Shown here in pieces: positions 60,278 through 64,000 of a stretch of 64,000 nt of DNA. Source of the DNA: Gammaproteobacteria bacterium (GTDB taxonomy: Bacteria; Pseudomonadota; Gammaproteobacteria; CAJXQU01). Under the pieces are notes generated by a model. It saw only the letters and a program-made list of their open reading frames with translations. It ran no database searches and was not told where the DNA came from. The translations under genes and the position numbers were made by a program. Every line of letters starts with the position of its first letter. The stretch's first letter is position 1. The stretch lies in NCBI GenBank assembly GCA_965238175.1, contig CBDEGZ010000003.1, positions 1,440,001 to 1,504,000 of the forward strand. Direction: 5' to 3'.

Positions 60278-61063
60278 CTATTGCAAGATCTTCATCAAGA
60301 GATCAGGTAAAAATTCTATCGATAGGATTTTATTTCTAATAAAGACCAAAATAGTACCGAGGTATAAAGCCAATACAAAAAGTACCACAGTACTTTTAAT
60401 CGGTATAGCGAGCAGGAATACGTTGACCGTTGGGACGAAGCGACCCATTAAACCCATTGAAAGTTCGGTTAGAAACATGATCAAAACAAAGGGAGCTGCC
60501 ATTAATAGTGCAAGGGCTAGAATGTTATCAAAATGTTGTAGAAGAATAGTAGCAGTCTCTATATTTAATTGAGGGTAATAGGAAGTTACTGGCCAGATGA
60601 CATAGGTTTGATAGATGACTGTCAACAGGGCGAGGAAGCCACCCACTGAAAAAAATAATACAGCTATGACTTGGGCAAAAAATGATCCTAAAAGTGAAGT
60701 TTGCCCACCAATAACAGGAGAAAACAATTGGGCAGTCAGAGCACCACGTTGCAAATCAATTATTTCACCCATTGATGCAACAGCCCAAAAAATGATGGCT
60801 GCTACATATCCGATGAGCAATCCCAGAACAGCTTCTTTAACAATCACGAGGATAAACAAAAGTCCATTAACTTCCACGACAGATAATTGTTTTGAAACTA
60901 CCGGTAAAATTATAACTGATAATATGATCGCAACACCGTTTCTGGCCGTTGTAGAAATGAGTTGACGACGAAAAAAAGGTAGTACCATAAAAATTATCAA
61001 AAATCGGGGAAGCGTTACTGTTAAAACTAATAACCAATGCTGTCCTGCAGAAATTATGTCCAT
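60278..61063 (-). CDS. sctT: T3SS export apparatus SctT
   Basis: KE..LG...G......FW.....G..ID.QRG, E...GL.GRF.P..NVF.LA.PIKS. Confidence 0.93.
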   Translation of the reverse strand: MDIISAGQHWLLVLTVTLPRFLIIFMVLPFFRRQLISTTARNGVAIILSVIILPVVSKQLSVVEVNGLLFILVIVKEAVLGLLIGYVAAIIFWAVASMGEIIDLQRGALTAQLFSPVIGGQTSLLGSFFAQVIAVLFFSVGGFLALLTVIYQTYVIWPVTSYYPQLNIETATILLQHFDNILALALLMAAPFVLIMFLTELSMGLMGRFVPTVNVFLLAIPIKSTVVLFVLALYLGTILVFIRNKILSIEFLPDLLMKILQ

Positions 61064-61087
61064 GATGTTTAGGTCGTAACGATATGG

Positions 61088-61363
61088 TTAATGAGTCACT
61101 GTTGAGATCATTACGTACATTTGATCTGTAAACAGCATTAACTCGCGGCCCATCCAGTGAGCCGTAAATAGTATTACGATGATAGCCCCGACTAATTTTA
61201 GACCGAATGCCAGGGTTTGATCTTGTATCTGCGTCAAAGCCTGAAATAAACCAACTAAAAGTCCAATAACAGTCGCAGCTATTGTAACCGGTAGCGAAAG
61301 ATATAAAACCAATAGCAGGCTTTGAGAAGCAAAATGAATAATCTGTTCTTCATTCATATCCAA
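61088..61363 (-). CDS. sctS: T3SS export apparatus SctS
   Basis: L.LVL.LSLP...A..IGLLVGLFQALTQIQDQTL.F..KL. Confidence 0.95.
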   Translation of the reverse strand: MDMNEEQIIHFASQSLLLVLYLSLPVTIAATVIGLLVGLFQALTQIQDQTLAFGLKLVGAIIVILFTAHWMGRELMLFTDQMYVMISTVTH

Positions 61364-61372
61364 TTACCGTGA

Positions 61373-62029
61373 CTAGACATAACTTAAAACCAGGCCATGA
61401 ATTAAACGTGTCCAACCATCAGCCATAACGAATAATAAAATTTTAAAGGGTAAAGAGATTAATATCGGTGACATCATGATCATCCCCATTGCGAGCAGGA
61501 TGTTTGCTATTACTATGTCAATAACGATAAAAGGCAGATAGACGAGAAAACCAATCTGAAACGCAGATTTCAATTCGCTTAGGACGAAAGAAGGCATTAA
61601 TACGAGAATATGTCGGTCATCCATATTGACTGCCTGGTCGTCAGGCCAGAGACGGCTTGTTGTGGAGACAAAAAATTCGCGTTCATCCTTGTCAGAATGG
61701 CGAGCAAGAAAATTTTTGATCGGTTCAAGACCACCGCCAATAGCATCATGGAGTTTAGGGTTTTGTAAATCGTTTATTTCTACATTGTGAGATTTGAACG
61801 CATCTATAGATGCAACTCCGACGGGAGCCATGATAAACAATGACAAGATTATGGCTAACCCATTAATGGCCATTGTGGGTGGAGCTTGTTGTAAGCCGAT
61901 AGCGTTACGCAGGATAAACATAACGACAACGATTTTGAGATATGAACTGACCATGATTGCAAGAAACGGTGCAAGAGCCAGGATAGATAATCCGCCTAAT
62001 AGTAGAAGGGGATTTGGTAATGCATCCAT
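61373..62029 (-). CDS. sctR: T3SS export apparatus SctR
   Basis: SY.KI.VV..ILRNA.GLQQ.PP, P.F.LSEL..AF.IGFL.YLPF..ID, ISLPFK.LLFV..DGW. Confidence 0.96.
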   Translation of the reverse strand: MDALPNPLLLLGGLSILALAPFLAIMVSSYLKIVVVMFILRNAIGLQQAPPTMAINGLAIILSLFIMAPVGVASIDAFKSHNVEINDLQNPKLHDAIGGGLEPIKNFLARHSDKDEREFFVSTTSRLWPDDQAVNMDDRHILVLMPSFVLSELKSAFQIGFLVYLPFIVIDIVIANILLAMGMIMMSPILISLPFKILLFVMADGWTRLIHGLVLSYV

Positions 62030-62032
62030 ACT

Positions 62033-63142
62033 TTATTTACCTAAAAATGATTTTAAACGAACTCCTGTTGTGCCTTCGATGTTAACTATTTCACCAATAC
62101 CTAATAATTGACCATTACTAAAAATATGAACTGACTTATCTATCGGTTTATCTAACGAAAATATATAGCCAGGACTAAGTGCTTTCACTTGAGAAATTGG
62201 TAATGAAACACTTCCAAGTTCGAATTCTAACTTAACGTTAATTTCGTCAATAAAATTCAATTCTTGATCTAGACCCTCTTGATAGCGGCGGTTAGGCTTG
62301 TTTTCTTTATGTTTGTCTTTTCCAGAGCTCTCTTCTGACATTTCAATATCCTTTTTAAATTGATTTGGTATTTTATCAACAATCAAAATATCCTCTTTCT
62401 CGGACGATTCCGAATCTGATTTTTTCAGCTTCAATGTTAAATGGAGACGATCAGAAATCGTCGCCATCACTCTGTTCTCATCTCCAAAAATATCTTGATC
62501 GAAAAGAACCACATCACCAGTTTCCAGGCTGTACAACTCTGAAGATGTCAGTATTGATGAACCAATAAGAAGCTGGGTGTTAAGACTAAGTTGTTCAAAA
62601 TCATTTGTTGATGTGGCCTGATGTTGAAGTAACTGTACTAATTCAGCGGAACTATCGCTATTAACTTTAATTGTTCCTGTCGCAATTTGCCCCGATTCTG
62701 ATGTCAAATGATAGTATAAAACGTAGGGATCAGAGAAAATATAAGGTTTAGCCAATTGTATTTCCTTTTCGACGGCATCAAACAAGATGGGTTTCTCATC
62801 AATAATATTCTCTATCCAGTGAAGAACTGGTGAAAGTAAGACCTTACTCGTAAGTTTTCTTACCACACGAGATCGTGAGCGTAACAAAGGAATGACATCA
62901 AGATTATTTTTCTTAATAAATTCGGGCCATTGATTTATCGTGATGATAAAAGTCGAATTACCAGATTTAAGAATAGTGGCGTACTCAGGTTGAGCGGCAT
63001 TTTCCTCATTTTCTAACGATAAATGTAGTTTATAGTTTTGACCATCAATTTTAATATCCACAGGTGAAGCATAGGCAGAGATTAAATTATTCACCGTCAA
63101 TACAGACTTATTTATACATGGAAACTCGGCTAAAGTATTCAT
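62033..63142 (-). CDS. sctQ: T3SS sorting-platform protein SctQ
   Basis: Two SpoA-like segments (L..L.TGDV.LF; V.L.FE.G...L.......L.PG..F.L......V.I..NGQ..G.GE.V.I....GVR); upstream of sctR. Confidence 0.88.
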   Translation of the reverse strand: MNTLAEFPCINKSVLTVNNLISAYASPVDIKIDGQNYKLHLSLENEENAAQPEYATILKSGNSTFIITINQWPEFIKKNNLDVIPLLRSRSRVVRKLTSKVLLSPVLHWIENIIDEKPILFDAVEKEIQLAKPYIFSDPYVLYYHLTSESGQIATGTIKVNSDSSAELVQLLQHQATSTNDFEQLSLNTQLLIGSSILTSSELYSLETGDVVLFDQDIFGDENRVMATISDRLHLTLKLKKSDSESSEKEDILIVDKIPNQFKKDIEMSEESSGKDKHKENKPNRRYQEGLDQELNFIDEINVKLEFELGSVSLPISQVKALSPGYIFSLDKPIDKSVHIFSNGQLLGIGEIVNIEGTTGVRLKSFLGK

Positions 63143-63144
63143 CT

Positions 63145-63735
63145 TTAAAATGGACCTCCATCAGAACTCGTGTGATCAAGATCGATGTTAGTACGGAAAA
63201 TATCTTCCAGCTGAGCTATTTTTTGATCAGCATTGACATGCACCACACCCATTTCAGATTCGATTATGCAATCATCTTTCTCAATACGATGATCAGCTAC
63301 CACATTAACTTTTCCAGACAAGGATTCTATATCTCTTAATCTAAGTAAGGTTTTATGAGGAATGCTTGGCGAAATTCTAAGTGTGATTTCTCGTGCGTTA
63401 GATAATTCAGATAAACTTTGCTGCACTGATTGAACTAAAAATTCATCAGGCTCGTAGTTTGCAACAATTTTCCTAATATTATTCAAGACAACATCAACAA
63501 TGTCATTCTCTAATTGTTGAACGTAATCAATAGAGTCAGAAACAAGTGATAAAGATTCTGCAAGCGCTTGAGATTTTGCATCCTCTTGTCCTTGAATCAA
63601 TCCTTTTTTATAGGCAATTTTGCAGATTGTTTCTGCGTAGGCCAGGATATCTTCTGCTTTTTGCTGATTCGAATCATTAGTTTGAACAGACTCAAGTATC
63701 TCGTCTACATCATTAGATTTAATTATATTCTTCAT
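63145..63735 (-). CDS. sctL: T3SS stator SctL (YscL/HrpE family)
   Basis: AYKKG...G...A, LE..I...V....RKI, D......CI.ES.MG.V......Q. Confidence 0.82.
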   Translation of the reverse strand: MKNIIKSNDVDEILESVQTNDSNQQKAEDILAYAETICKIAYKKGLIQGQEDAKSQALAESLSLVSDSIDYVQQLENDIVDVVLNNIRKIVANYEPDEFLVQSVQQSLSELSNAREITLRISPSIPHKTLLRLRDIESLSGKVNVVADHRIEKDDCIIESEMGVVHVNADQKIAQLEDIFRTNIDLDHTSSDGGPF

Positions 63736-64000
63736 GGATCACTCCTTGATCAAGGGTCGAGGTATTTTCAGTTTTTACATGGATTGAATTATGCTCAAAA
63801 TGATCCGTTAATAACCTTATTAATTCCACACAATTTGATTTCTTATAAGCAGTCATTTGATTTCGATTAGACAAATAAGAAAGACTATTTTTTCCAAGCT
63901 TTAATATAAGGCGAGTTACCAGTGCCTTGCTTTCATTGTTGAGCGCTCGACCTAAAACAATTAGTCCATTAGCAAAAACTTGTGTCTTTAATGGCTTTTT
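63719..64000 (-). CDS. SctK-like protein, 5'-partial
   Basis: 94-codon open frame from the window edge (KKPLKTQVFANGLIVLGRALNNESKALVTRLILKLG...) overlapping the sctL start; position and the RL.LKL motif fit YscK. Confidence 0.55.
   Translation of the reverse strand, partial: KKPLKTQVFANGLIVLGRALNNESKALVTRLILKLGKNSLSYLSNRNQMTAYKKSNCVELIRLLTDHFEHNSIHVKTENTSTLDQGVIHEEYN

Noticed and set aside
48284-63735. Flagellar export cluster (flhA, fliI, fliPQR, flhB)
   Set aside because: SctD, the secretin N-domain and YscE/G-like chaperones are present, and there are no rod, hook, ring or motor genes.

Overview
AT-rich window from a gammaproteobacterium, probably environmental or marine (inference from gene order and protein style). 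The backbone is housekeeping: the 3' end of an SQR-type flavoprotein plus SulP, recN-nadK, hrcA-grpE-dnaK-dnaJ-dapB with a CIRCE and sigma32 promoters, ttcA, cysH, psd, SCO/PCuAC, lgt-thyA-folA, roxA, lon and metA-alaC-hom-thrC. Four accessory blocks interrupt it. (1) 11.3-21.7 kb is an ABC-exporter (wzm/wzt) surface-polysaccharide locus with a sulfotransferase/coiled-coil/double-GT2 protein carrying a 42-bp tandem repeat, and genes for a CDP-linked C-methyl 6-deoxysugar; it ends at a yafJ pseudogene. (2) 22.6-26.2 kb is an uncharacterised three-gene helical module (TelA-like, DUF6384-like, coiled-coil). (3) 26.5-27.2 kb holds degenerate attC-like hairpins and a pseudogene. (4) 47.7-64 kb is the most unusual: a non-flagellar type III secretion cluster in two convergent operons. 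Its SctU lacks the NPTH autocleavage motif, its secretin is reduced to N0-N1 plus a DUF4124-like tail, and no needle gene lies between the E and G chaperones. It also has no ruler gene after sctO, a pseudo-receiver LuxR regulator, a STAS protein, CsrA-type GGA hairpins, and an IS481 inserted into an older copy of its own left end. The cluster continues past the right edge, so absences apply to this window only. All family calls come from motif recognition; no searches were run.
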